DNA of 62,541 bases, the filler included, from Basidioascus undulatus (Eukaryota), in NCBI GenBank assembly GCA_000826855.1. It is 4 parts of 4 records of this genome, joined end to end, with 100 filler letters (N's around TTAATTAATTAA, not from the genome) between each part and the next. Parts side by side here need not be neighbours in the genome. Positions count along the whole stretch, not along the records: positions 1 to 30,535 come from JTLS01000111.1; 3 more parts are not named here. The stretch is one strand, 5' to 3'. Positions within the stretch are counted from its first letter, which is position 1; every line of letters begins with the position of its first letter. Shown in pieces: positions 11,408 to 24,978 of the stretch. Below the pieces are notes generated by a model, which saw only the letters and a program-made list of their open reading frames with translations, searched no databases and was not told where the DNA came from. Position numbers and translations under genes: made by a program.

Positions 11408-14400
11408 CTACTGATGTCTAGGTGTGGAAGAGCCCGAAGAAGCGCCCGTCGATGGTTGGCCACGCTTCTCAGCGTCGTCGAAGCTGCTGACCGAAGGAGA
11501 CCCGTCGTCCTGCTGGCCGAGCTGCTCGAGCACGGCTGCGATCGCCTCGTCAAGATCGGGATGGAACGTCCGGTCGGTCGAGAGGATGGGGAGAAGTTTG
11601 CTGGAGGAGAAGCGCGACGCGGGGGCGGGCCGTTCTACGGATGGCACCTCGATGTCCTCGACGCCCTCGTTGGCGACATCGCTCGAGTACGGGCCAGCCG
11701 ACGCCACCGAGAAGAGCTGATTGACGGTCCCGTCGGGCTTGCCAAATCCGACACTGTGAAGGCAAACAAGCGTAAACATTTGACTCAACGGAAGGGAGAA
11801 GGATGAAATACGCACGCGGCCAGAGCACGCTTTACCCACGGTTGTCGGATGTTCGCGAAATGCCATTGAACACGCCCGGGTGCCGCCCAACGGTCCAGTT
11901 GATCCCGGACGTCGACGAGGACCTGCGTGGACGTGACGTCGACGTGGTTCACGGCGGCGAAGTCGAAGATGATGGCCTTGAGCGGGGGGCGCGGGTCGGC
12001 GGCAAGTTCGTCCGCAGAAGGCGTTGCAGGCTGCTCTACCTTTTCAGTCGGCTCTTTTTTTCATATTTTTACAAGGAACACGGAAGAACGTACGTCGTTC
12101 CAGGGCCGATCGCCAGGCTTGTCCCCCAGGGGCTTGCTCCTCTTCGTGACGCGCTTGACCTCCGCGACGACCTGGTCGGTGTAGTGGTTGGCGTTGGGGC
12201 TGCGCAGAGAAACACACAAGAGTCAGAATACAGTGTAGCGGAAAGAGAGCGAATAACACACTAGGTAAGAGACTCGGTGAAGCGGTAGACGAGGATGCCC
12301 GGCGCAGGCGGCGTGACAGCGATGGCAGGGTTGCTGCCATCCTCGTGCTCGATCGGTAGCCAGATGTGGCGCGCGTCGCGACCGTCGATCGTCTGAACGC
12401 GGATACGACCGAGGAACTCGCCGTGCGCCTTGGCGATACGCCACAGAAGAACCGCAGCGGACACGCAGACAGTGCAACTGAGGTCGCCCACGTCAATCCA
12501 CTGGTTCAGGATGGCTGCTGCGCTCGCAGACGTACTAGATGCCGATCTCGATGCTCGTGAAGACGATGATGATGACTCCTCCAAGGAAGATCAGGGCGTC
12601 GAGCGGGCTGACACGCCAGAAAGCGAATGCTTGCTTCGGAGGAAGAATAAGGTCTCCGACCTGTGAGAAGGTGCGGTAGCGTGGTCAGCATACATCTTTA
12701 GCGGGAGGACTGAAGCACGTACGGCGTGGATGATGACGGCTGCCAATGACGCGTTCGAAACGTAGAAGAAGACCGCCGGGAGGGCATAGACCGCCAGAAG
12801 GACCACCAGGCCCGAGATAACACCGGCGAAGGGGGTGCGCACGCCAGCCTTGGACTTGATCGCAGTCCGCGAGAAGGAGCCCGTCGCGGGGTCTGTGCAT
12901 CAACTCGATCATCAGCTCAGACGCAACCTTTACCACTCAGCACAAAGAAACGTACAAGCACCAAAGAACGGCCCAATGAGGTTGGTGACGCCAATGGCGA
13001 TAAGCTCCTGAGATGGGTCGATGGTGTAGCCGTTGATGCGACCGAACGACTTGGCGATGGCGATGTGCTCGATGAGAAGTACAATGACAGCACTCTGCAA
13101 TGGTGTTCGCAGTCAGCAGTCAGACTCAAGTACGTTGAAAGGGGGTGACAGGGGATGGGTGGCCGTGATGACTTACAGGGAGATGGCCAGCATATGCTGA
13201 GATGATACCGCTGTCGAGCTTGGGGACAGCCATGTCTTGGAAGCCGCGCGGAACGTCCTTGATGATCGATAGGATGGGCTCGGGCTGGCCGTGCTTTTCG
13301 CCGCGGTGGTGACGGTTGACGAGCCAGGAGATGAGCTGCCAAAGCCAGGATCAGACACATTTTCCAAGAACGCTCCCACGGGCTAAACCGACTCACCGTG
13401 TAGAGAAGAATGACGAAGACAGTGCGCAAGGTGTTCAGGAAGAAGAAGAAGCGCTGTCGGCGCGGGTATCGCTTGGCGAGGTGGTTGCAAGCAAAGCGGA
13501 TAACGTAGAGGAGGAAGAGCGCCGTGAGACCAACGGCGGCGTTGATGTCCGTGTAGTTGACTGCTTGCGGTGTCAGTATAGTTCTGCAAAACAAAACGTA
13601 TACCGCGAACTCACGGTATTTGAGCGTGTTGATGATCGTCTCGTATGTCGCGCCGCGCGTGTTGAACTTCTTGCGGTCGTTGCCCAGAAGCTTGCTGACT
13701 TGGCCGGCAGCGATGTTGATAGCCGAGCCCGTCATGAACGCGGCGATCGCGGGCAGCGGGATGAAGTCGACAACCCAGCCGACGCGAAGGAGCCCAAAAC
13801 CGGTGACGATTCCACCGCAGATGAGTGCCACAGACGATGCGATCTCCTGCGGCTCCGCGTCCGGGTATCTCGGACCCACTTCGTTGACGATCGTGCCAAT
13901 GAGTTGCGACATCACGGCAACGGGTCCGATAGTGATGCTGAAAGGTTAAAAGATGAAGGAGGGGTCAGAAGAAACAATAGGAGGGTGCCGGAAAGATAGA
14001 CGCACTCCTTGGACGTCGCGAAGAACCAGTAGATAATGACGCCGACGAAGGACGAGTAAAGGCCATATTGGGGAGCAAGATTTGCAAGATTGGAATAGGC
14101 CATGCCTGGATATCCAATGGGCATATGTTCAGTCAAAGCGCTGCGCCATTACAAAGGAAATACTCACCCTGAGGAACGACGACCGCGCCGACAGTGATAC
14201 CCGCGACCAAATCTCCGAACAGCCACTGCTTGTTGTAGCGGAAAAGCCAATAGGTACTGCGACAATCCGTGTTAAAGTCGCCAGGACGTCGCCCAGAACA
14301 GTGACGAAGTGAATCACTCACAAGGGGAAAAGGTTGTGGAAGTAGGTGAAGACGCCGCCGCGGGAGGGCAGGAATTCGTTAAACCACCCTAGGAACGTCG

Positions 14401-14600
14401 GCTCGGGCTCGATGTACGCTTCGGCGGCCTAATGTAGACAGAATAGTCTCAGTTCACAATGCTGAACGTGAACGCTCAAGAATAATACGCACAGTGGACG
14501 TTACGCTCTCGCCACGGGTAACCCTGTCCCGTTCATCTTCCCCGTACTCGAAGCCGAGCGCGTGCCCGACCTTGTGCCCGACCTCGTGCCACTGCACCAT
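11408..14600 (-). CDS. SulP-family sulfate permease with STAS domain
   Basis: GDLVAGITVGAVVVPQGMAY..LAPQYGLYSSFVG..ITIGPVAVMS, HIAIAKSFGRINGY, TGSFSRTAIKSKAGVRTP and STAS-like IIFDFAAVNHVDVT. Many canonical introns. Confidence 0.93.
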
Positions 14601-16592
14601 TCTGTGGATAAGTGGTTGAAAAGAAGTGGTATCGTGTCGGGAATGGATGTGGGAGCCGAGTCGCGTGCAGTGGCTCTTTAAACGAGCGCCTGCGTTGGTG
14701 ACGCTGGTGACGCCGGAGCTGGTATTGTCGGAAGCACGAGAATCGAAGTCGGGATGGTACAACCGCCGTCGATGAGGATCGTCGAGTCCTGAACCAAAAG
14801 AGTGATAGCCGAAGCACGCGGAGCGAGGCAATGAGTGATAAGCTGAATGTCTGTTGTGCAAAGGTAAGGAATGCTGCTGCGAGCAGCGAAAACGCCCCCT
14901 CCGTTCTTGCAATGGCGTGCTCACTTGCCACATCGCTGAGCAAGCCCCCGCCGCTGGCGCTCAGCGTCTTCTGCGTCAGCGATTATTAGGGCTTCGATTG
15001 TACTTGGTACTACACATACCTATTCAAAGCCTCCACCGGCCGACCCCGCAAGTTCCGGCTGGCTTGAAACTGGACCTGATCCGTACGTACCTTTTCGTGC
15101 CTTTTTCGAAAAATTGACTTTGTTCAAACGAGTTCAGAAGTTGGCCTTTCGCGAAACGCTGCATCCTCCTACAGTCGCTGGCTTTCAGGTTGCCGATCTC
15201 CAATGAGCTTCACAACAAGCAAGTAAGTCCATATTGCGAATGTTCATTACCAGGCTAGAGAGCAAAGACTGTAATGAGTGGCGCAGGTATTGCGTCCTCC
15301 GGAGTCCAATCTGCGTGGGACACTCCAAAGCTCTGTTGATTCCACCAGGAGCTCGGGGGCCATTCAGATCACATATTGTGCAACCGCCGACAGCCATCAT
15401 TATTCTAGCATATTTGGCGTACCTGGAGGTTAAAACTATATATTGTTCGAACGGTTCCGAAGCCTGCGTGGGCTCTACCAATAATGTTCTTGCCTACCGA
15501 AAGCATGCAGCGGTCCAGTAACAGGCGTGTACAGACAAATGCAGCAAACCTGTAGGGCACAGACTCTCAAGTTCAATTAAATAGAAAATATCTAGAATAA
15601 TGAACGGCAACACACTCAGTAAACCAGCGACTCCGACATTCTTTGGCGTCGTTTCGAGCCGCCCAGTTCGTGCCTTTGCATGGCAAGCCCCCGCGAGCTC
15701 GCCGCTCTGCGCTCCACACACTTGATCACCATAAAAGTACACAGAGGGTATAAATAGAAGGAGCATCGATGCATTGCACTCCGGGTCCTCGGCGCTGGAA
15801 CTTGTACAGTGTGGATGGAGTCCTTTTCATCATTGCGCAAGGGTGAGGCCGGGAATCAGGCAATTCGATTGACGAAGGAAGTAACGCCAAACCTGACGGG
15901 TTGGTGAAGAAGATGAAGGAATTACTCAACTTTGTTAATCAAAGGAGGTATGGCCCGGTAAAAGCAGAAAGTAGGGAAGAGTGCGAACCGGCAGTCGATG
16001 ACCGGCATGTGCGCCCAGCTTGACGAGAAATTGTGCCAAGGATCGATGAGAGCATGTCGAATGAGTAGCGAAAAGGAACCAAACTATTCTGAATGGAGAA
16101 TTCCAGTACAAAAGGCCAACACATCAATAAGTGGCCAGGTGCATCATGGTCAAGCTGTCGAGGGAGACGCTGCGGAGAATGTCACGTTCATGATGTCCGT
16201 CACGACCGCATGGAACGTTACGCTTGCTGCCAGTACTGACGGGAAAGATGATAGTATTCAACCTTGGGACTATTAGTAAATCAAAGCGGATTGTGCGGGG
16301 AGGAAGTTCAACTCGTTGCGACCGAGTCTTGAGCTGGGCAGTCTAGAGCGGCGCGGAAGTCGTGCAACATGTTGGTTGCTATTAGCATTAGTTGGGCTCG
16401 ACGGCAGTAAGTACGTCCATGCACGAACTTCGGGCGAGAAGCCGAGACGAAATAAGCACGACGCGGAGAGCGCATTGCCGACGTCTCGCGACCCAATCTC
16501 CATACGGCCGACTTGACGACTGCTAACGCGGTACTTGAAGGCATACGGAGCATCTTGGCGCAATATGTGAAAGCAGTTTGAAAGTCCATGAT

Positions 16593-19500
16593 CTACGCTA
16601 GCGCCACAGCCGCGACTTCCGCCTCGTCCCCCGCCACAGTCCGCTGTTCAGGCAGCTCCGGCGCGCCCGTCGTGTCTGCCACAGTGACGATGCCGCCCCT
16701 CTGACCCACATGCGCCAAGAACCGCTCCCAGAGGTCGGTGCGGCGCTCGCCCTTCTCGGCCTTCTCGAACGAGAGCGCCCCGCTGCCGCCGCCGACCTTG
16801 CCCTTCTTGAGCGTGTCGGCGTTGCCCACGACGATCAGACCGCGGCGGGCGCGAGTGAGGGCGACGTTCTGCACCGTCATCCGCGCGATAACCGTGAGCT
16901 CTATTGCGTGGGGGTCAGCAGGCTAAAAAGGCTTCGGACGTACCGCTCGTCGAGGGTCTTCGAGGAAACCGATGAAGCCGCCCTCGTTCGATCGCGTGAG
17001 GGAGAAGACGATGACTTGCTTCTCGCGCCCCTCGAAGCCGTCCACAGTCTTGACCTCGATCTTCCGGACCTCGTCTGCCCGCTGCGGGCCGAGCTCGGCG
17101 ACGAACGTCCGGCGTTGCTCGACGTCGCGTTGGAGCAGGCGGATGAGGGCGTTATTCTGCGCCTGGTACGGGGAAATGATGCCGATGTCGTCGCCCGTGA
17201 GTTCCGGGTTTCGGGCGAGCAGGTCCGACACGACGGAGCAGACGAGGAGCGTCTCGCCGTCATTGAGAGTGCTCTCCTCTTGTCGCGTTTCGGAGAAGGA
17301 GTGGTCGACGAACGAGAGCGGTGAGGCGGGCGAAAGGAATGCAGAAGCGGGAGAGGTGAAGGAGGGATGCGCGTCGCCCGAGGACGTGACAGTGCCGTCG
17401 GCCAGCGCGGAAGAGTAGAACGAGTCGTTCGGGAAGCGCGAGAGTGCGGGATGCATGCGGTACTGAATGTCGAGCATGATGGAGGGGACATCTTCTCAAA
17501 CAAGATTGGTTCGTAAGACATCTTTTGAGAGCGATGGAACCGTTTGACTCACTCTTCTCCTGGATGAGGCGCTCAAACAGACTCTTCGAAAGACCGCCGT
17601 ACCTGGCCTTGTCCGAAATGATGACGGGAGGTAGCTGCTTGTGGTCGCCGATGATAGAGACGTGAGAGCACTTGAGCGCGAAAGAAAGTCAGCGTGACCT
17701 TTGTGCAACTCGGAACAAGGGACGAATACGCACGCCCTTCATGAGGGGGATGATCACGCCCGGCTCGGTTGATTGCGACGCTTCATCGACGAAGACGACG
17801 GGAAAATCAACGCACTGAGAAGCAAGTCAGTTCAATTCTCAAGTCGTGTGGAGAAAATAAAGTACTCGGAGAGAGGAGCTTGCAGCACCAAGGCAGGTCG
17901 TGCAGATCTATACTCCTAATCAGCTTTTGTCTAGCGAATACGATGAACCGAAGACGTACGACGTCCGCGTTACGCAGAACTGCCTCATCGATCTCCTTCC
18001 TCAACTGCTGAAACTCCCTTCTCTTCTTGCGGTACTCCGCTTCGTAGCCCTCTGCGACACGCAAGCCGAACGTTAGAAGCGCCGCCTATTTGCGACCACG
18101 CAATCCTACGCACCTTGCTGTATACCGACTGCCGTCATCGCAGCGCGCATCATCGCGTCCCGCTCGATCCGGAGTTTGTTGAGCTCTTCCGCGCGCGGGT
18201 GCTGCTCCGCGAGCGCGACGAGCGTGGTAGACCGCAGCTCGGGCGGGACGCGCGCGGGGTTGCCGACGCGGACGATGCGCAGCTTGGTGTGCGCGTGGAG
18301 GATGGCGACGAGATTGTCGACGGCGACGTTGTTGTGCGCGGTGAGGAGGATGGGGTGCGGAACGGAGAAGTGTGACTAGGAGATTGTGCGGGTTGTCAGG
18401 CTCGTCTGCGGGTGCTTTCCAAATGGAGCCGGGCCTGCTGCATGTGCGCACCTTGAGCAGCTCGACCGCCTTCGCTATCGTTGCAGTCTTCCCTGTGCCC
18501 GGGGGACCCTGGATGAGGCTCACCCGCTCCCCGACCATATGCGCGACTGCCATCGCCTGCCTGCGGTTGAGCCCGAGGTTCGGGTCGCCTTCGACCTCGA
18601 CGGGGTCGTCGGACGCGTATCGCTTCGCCCAGCTCCGCACGAGCATGTCATCGTCGAATACGCCGCGCAGACCCGTGTCAGGCGCAGCCGCGCCGTAGCC
18701 GCGCAGAAGCACGTCGCGCAGGTGCGTCCCCTGAAGCGCGATCTCGCGCTCGCTGTTGGAATTCTTCGCATGAGGCTCAGGGTCGAAATGCAGCTTCTCG
18801 ACCGCTGAGCGCATCCGGCCGTACGAGACGTTGTTCGGCGCTTGATCGAGTCTGGCGACAGTGCACATGAGATTAAAGCCGGAAAGATGTAGAAGGAAAT
18901 AAACTTACCGCCACCCTGAAGAAGCACTGAGGTTGAACCGTATGTCGAAGGAGACCTCGAGTTTGGTGGCACTGACGGACTCGACAACGCCCGGATGTGT
19001 CACGTAGTCGTTGAGCGGATCGCCCGACGACAGTCGGACAAACTCTCCGGGTCTGCAGCGGGCGGTGATGCGTTAGTGGATCGTTGAATGGACGTCGCCC
19101 ATTTCGCGCTTCATCAACACACCGGAATCGGTGAGACGGCAATGTCATTCCTGGGGAAGAGTGGCGAAACACGCCCAGGTGCTTGCCGAACGTCTTCCCT
19201 TGCCAGAACGCGCTCAGGTCCGTAAGGACGAGCCCCTCACGCTTTAGGCGCGCCAGCGGCCACTCTTCGAGGCGTGCGCGGAACAGGCGCTCCTCCTCCC
19301 TTTTCTCGGCCTCAATCAGGGGTAGCATACTGATGGTGAATAGACAATGAGAGAAGCTTTCGACGATCTAAGCAGGCCAGAAGACATACCGCCTCTGATA
19401 GGCCGAGACTTCGGCATGGAAAGGCTCGCCCCGTTGGAGGTACTTCTTCCCCCGCGGCGGAACGCGGAGAGGGCGAGTCACGGGCTCCTCCGTCTCCTGC

Positions 19501-19970
19501 ACCACATCGCCTCCCCTCCACGTCGCCACGCGCCACTCTCCCGCCCGGCCCTCTCGCCCGGCCGGTCGCCTCCGCCAGTCGAACCTCGTCGAGTGTGAAG
19601 GCGGAGATACGGTCACGCCTTCGACGGGTGGCAGCTCGGAACGTTTCGGTCGCAGTCGAGGCTGTGGCGGGTGTGGCGGGTGCGAAGGAACGCGACCGAA
19701 AAGCGATCGAAAGGCTTCGAGCGCCATGATCTCTTCCTGCTCGGCGAGAGAGAACTGCTCGGCCTCATCGGGCTCGACGAACGAGAAGTCCGAGGTGGTT
19801 CGCGGCGGCGGAGCGCGCATACGAACGGGCTCATGCACGGGGGCCTCCGAGTGCACCCATCGCCGGAGTGCGAGCTCGGTAGGCTGACGACAGGGCCGAA
19901 GAGAGGGTGGAATGGTGGGCAGCGAAGCGGGAGGAAGAGGAGAGGGGGAGGGGAGGAGATCGGGGAGTAC
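16593..19970 (-). CDS. Upf1/DNA2/NAM7-like superfamily-1 helicase (start uncertain)
   Basis: IQGPPGTGKT, TAHNNVAVDNL, FVDEASQSTEP, QYRMHP, IISPYQAQ, VKTVDGFEGRE and NVALTRAR motifs splice in frame. Confidence 0.9.
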
Positions 19971-20694
19971 TGAAATGCGAAAATTCGAAGTGAGCGGATC
20001 GGTATGGCTCCCGATGTTTTGTTAGTTCACAAAGAGGTACTGGACGAACGCGAGGCGGAGTTTCGTGGTTGAGAAAGAAGCGTAAAGGAGGCTAGAGGGA
20101 AAGAAAGAGCGGGACGCGTCGACAAAGTACGCGAGTTATTTGTCAGCTTTTGCCGCTCTCCTTGCTTCCCCTCCCTTTCACGCCAGTTGCCCCTTTCTGC
20201 TGTCCTTTCACAAGTTGACTCAGGTTGAATCGAAGAAAAGAAAAAATTTAGGAAAGACAAACAGTTTCTTGTAGACAAATTAACCTTATCTTATCGCCCA
20301 GCTTTGCTGGAAAGGTCACAGTGCGAACAGGGCGCCATCGCCAGTGACTGACTGCGGTAAAGCTGCACCGTCCAGTGCCATCAGGCAGTACTGTGACTAC
20401 TCTGACGCCGGCACTGGCTTGGCTGCTGATTGGCTCTGCACCGCAGCGGTAGAGCCGTCCCAGCAGTTAGTCCAGTTTGCGTTGGGCTCAGTGCGAACCC
20501 AACTCGCGTGCCATAATCTTGCCCTGCAGCCCTACTGTAGTAATTTTCCAAAGCATGCCGGCAAAGTCGAAGTCGCATTCGAAATATGAAGTCTTGTAGA
20601 TAAACGCATGCATTCCATACGTGATTATCGACGAGATACAAAGGGAGGGGCACTATCGGCGAACTCGGAAGCTGCTGGCACTCGATACTGTCGC

Positions 20695-23074
20695 TCAGAG
20701 GGGGGCAACCTTGAAGCGTGCGACCTCCCGGTCGTAGAACACTTCGTCGCAGTCGAGGGCGGTGCCGGTCTCGTATACAAGGCAGGTGAAATCGGTCTCC
20801 TGCGTGACAGTCGCCCCAGTGTCAATCTACTCCGGAATAGAGTGAAAATGCTGAAAGACGAACCTGGTCGAGCGCGATCATCGGATGATGCCACACGCCG
20901 GGAGAGTAGGAAATGCCTTGCCCCGAAGAAGCAATAAAGACCCGAAGCGTCGAAAGGTCGGGCTTGTCGTCTGCGTGTGCATTCCAAAGTCAGCGAAGAT
21001 ACAGAGGAGACAACGACAAACGCAACGCACCCGAGCCGTTCAAAGCGACAACAACCGCGTAACGCCCACTTCCACCACCCAGCGGGCTGAACATCTGCGC
21101 CGAAAACCTATGCCGCTCCAGGACCCTGATGCCCCACTCGCCGCCCTCGCGCAGCGGGACCGGCGCGCACTTGTACAGACACAAGTTGTGCTCGGCGGCG
21201 ACTCCCTCGGGGAAAGAGTGCCCGACGGGCGCGAGGCGGTGATACTTCGTTGCGGTCCCCTGGTTCGCGGGCGTGCTCTTGATGGAGGGCGGTGTGGCGG
21301 AGGCGTCCTCGAATGACTGGAGCACGTGTCCGTAGGGGGCGAACGCGCCGAGCGTGAGCGTGAGGGCTGGGAGATAGGTGGGGGAAGTGGGAGAAGCGGT
21401 GGGGATGGAGACGGCGGTGGAGGTGGCGGTTTGGGAAGGCGAGGTGGGCTGATCGAAGGGCACTGCGAGAGGCTGCAGGGATTTTCCCTCGACGTCCTGC
21501 GCACGACGTCCGACGAGACGAACGCGCTTAATCCCGCCATCTGTACAGACAAACTATAAGTAGATTCTCTTGACTATGGCGCATCTGAGTCGACATACCC
21601 GGATAGATAGTCACCCGTACATGCGTCCACACCTTGTCGTGCCCGCCGAGCGCGAACCAATGCTGCGCGTGCGGTCCGACCTTGCTATGCCCGAGGATCT
21701 CTGTCCAGCCGTCCGCGTCGACATTGGGACCGGTAGGAGGAGAGGAGGGCGAGTGGATGGCGTGCAACGTGACCGAGGCGGGGAAGTTGCCCTTGAAGTG
21801 CGCGCTGCCAAGTTGAAAGCGACTGTCAGCGCCCCGCGCAGACGCTCGGTCTGACATACGTACGTGTCAATTTCGGTGTAGTATAGGTAGCCGGGAGCAC
21901 CACTGAATGAAAAAGTCAGTGAGCTGCTTGGATGGAAAGCGCGGGAAGCTGCGAAACTCACAGTTGGATGTTCACCCAGTCTTTATGGCCCGAGATGCGC
22001 GAGCGACGAGTCTCCCACCCGTCGCCCATGTCCACGCCACTAAATAACAATCCAAAGTCAATGTTCAGGCTGAATAGAATACTAAGCAGTAAGCCGACTT
22101 ACCGGCCAGGCAAAATGAGGTTCGCCCCCTTGCCGAAGTGCTGATCGCTCGTAAACACGACCTTCCCCCCCTGGAAGACACTGGCCAAGTCGACGCCCTC
22201 CTCGGTAGCACTCTCCGGCCAGAGCGGCTCGACCTCTCCGTATGCCCTAAAGCGGGCGATCCCGCCGTCAGGGATCATGCGGAGCTGGACGTGGGTGAGG
22301 GTCGGCGAGGGCGCCGGCAGCTTGAATAGGTGACGCTGGTTCGGGCCGAGGGGGAGGACGGGCAGGAGGGGGATCCAGGGGCGGGAGTTATACGGCGGGG
22401 GAGGAGAGGTGCTGCTCGGCGGATGGAAGAGTCCTAGGACCTCCGCCGCCGGGCCCTCGTTGCCGTTGAAGTTCGTCGTGTCGATGTCGAAGGCCGAGAG
22501 GGTGCTGCCCGGCGGTCCGAGACGGATGATTACCCTATTCGCATGACCCATAAGCGTATTTCATTCGAATAAAGGCAATCGTTAACATACCAGTCGAATT
22601 CCCGGTTGTGCCTCCTCGTCTCCCAGCCGTCGTAGAGCGCTCCGTTCGGCCCAAACTGCCCTTTCAGCGATTGGGCAGGCTGAGGACGTTTGGTAAATGA
22701 GCGAGACAATTTAATGAGGAGAATATCTTAAAGCAATACGCACTCCGGGCTTGATGAGGTCCGAAGCGGGAGCAAAGAACTGGTCGGAGAACGACAGAAC
22801 CTCAGCGCCAATCGCGGCGGAAGACACCTCTGCGAGATGTCATTGAAGGGGAAACAGAGTCAGTCGTTAATACCGCATCGCCTCCCCTCATCAGAATATG
22901 TGCGATCCTCCCGTACAGCCCAACGCCCACCTCACTGAGGCCACCCACGACAACAATGAAGTCCTCGCACGACCGGGATGGGTATTGCGATAAGGGAAAC
23001 TCACCCGTCAACCCCGCAAACGCCTCCTCGAACTTCTCCAAAGGCACCTTGGAGTACTCCAGGTCGTCTGACAT
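20695..23074 (-). CDS. DAL2: Allantoicase fused to a C-terminal ureidoglycolate lyase domain (Dal2-Dal3 fusion)
   Basis: Two allantoicase repeats ([39 protein letters not shown]), a Ser/Thr/Pro linker, then [35 protein letters not shown]. Confidence 0.92.
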
Positions 23075-24978
23075 GGTGGATGGGATTTCTTCGCTTTTCT
23101 AATGGGAAGAAGATGGTATTGGATTGCGGAAGAGGAGGAGGAAGTCAAGGAATGGCTCGTGTGCCCCCCTTCGGCGTCTGAGCTCCCGCAATCGCCGAAC
23201 GTTTTTCCGGTAAGGCCCAAGGGCTGGGCTTCCGATGACTCGCAAACAAACATCTTGTTTTTGAGAAGTCGACCCAAAAATCACCTCAGAAGAGTGGATC
23301 AAAAGCAACATACCTGCAATAGACGGGCTAGCGTGTTCCTGGAGAGCGACTGGCTCTGTGCGTTCGTAGCATGCCGATCGTCGGACGATCACTGAGCAGC
23401 TCAGCGACGGGCTGCGCCAGCGTTTTATTCGCTGAAGCCTCGAATCAGGTTGTTGCTTACCCCTTCGAGGGTTTCAAAGGATGCAGGCAGTGCTGGATAG
23501 CCAGCTCGCCACCACCTCTCTTTTGATCTGCGGCGACGCACCAAGTAAGTACTGTCAGGCGAGTCAGCCGTCGTTGAATGATCCGCCGAGTGTGGCCCAG
23601 TGAAGATGCAGATGTAGCACGAGTGCATCATTGAGTATCTCAAAAATTTCAGTCCATTTCATCTCTGTAACATGTCGGGGTATGACAGGCAACTGCAAGT
23701 CCAGTGTCGATGGAAATGAGGTCCCCGGGCACACAAGAACGATACGCTGACCGCTGGCGCTGAGATTGGGCACAAGTGTATGCTTCCTATATTACAGCCC
23801 GGAAAGGAATTTCCTTTATAATCTCATCAATTTGGTACCTTGGTTCCACGCTCTAAGCTGCCGGTGAACTGGAAGCTTCGAAGGCGCCGTCTAGTCTCTA
23901 AGCTTCTCGCATCCCTTTCTTGGTGATTACCCAGCGTCAGGCTCTCCTTTTGCATTCCTACTTTGCTCCTAGGCCACCCAGTGTCTGTATTCAGTAAATG
24001 TCGAGAGAAAGAACAACCGCACGGTGCCTGACGTTGTCCCGGCTGAGCAAACGTCGAGACCCTCCGAGCCTCTGCTGCAGCAACAGGCGCGATCGCCCGG
24101 TAACACATCTCTGTGCGCACTCCGGCTGAACTACATGGGGAGAAAAGTCCATAAAAACCCTTTCTTGAATAGTCCAGCCCGTACCCTAGTGCTGGCAGTA
24201 TCGTACCGACGACTCCATGCTTGCGTCCGACTGTCTGTAGACGCACAAGAACCTCTCGAAGGGCACATTGTACTAGAGATATCCTGAAAAACCAGTTCAA
24301 ATTCTTCATCTTGCACTTTCATGGTATCGGAACCAAGAAGTTCATGCTTCTGTCTATTCATGAGGTTGCGGTCTGGCCGGCAGCAAGGTACGGTTGTGTG
24401 TGTTAGTCTGTCGAACCTAATACTGCGTTTGTTGACTCCATCACCACGACCGACCGTTCCAGCCACCTGCAACTCTTATAAAACCGTCCAGAACATTCTG
24501 AGGCGGTACTCACTGCAGGTTCTTTGTTCAGAACACCGCGGTCTGCGTACGGCAATGGCTCCGGCGATACAGCCCGCACGCCCGCAACCCGAAGCCCCAG
24601 GGACATCCAGGCTCAAGTCATCAACAGAAAGCTTAAAACTAGCATTAGTTCAATGTCCACAGTTGATGCTGGTCGGGTTGAGAGCGAGGGCTGTGCGAAC
24701 GCTGCAAAATTTGTTTAAACACATCCCATTTCGGACAGAATCTACCTCACAGGCAGCAGCGCGTCATGGGCTGGCCGCCTCGTCCGAGCTCAACCTCACG
24801 CCTCACGCTCTTTAGATCGTCTTGTTCTTATACCGCCTCCATCCCCACGACCGTGCAGCGCACCCAACACTTTTACGAGCCCGCATTCTCAACGCATTAA
24901 CAGCTACCGTTTCGCCGTACCCGCTTGATTGTGCTGTGACAGCGTGCGCTGCAGGGCACACCAGCAGCACGCGCCGCC

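Noticed and set aside
14600..14933. 111-codon in-frame N-terminal extension of the sulfate permease
   Set aside because: It reads non-coding, and a CACAG acceptor sits just before the 14600 ATG, suggesting a 5'-UTR intron.
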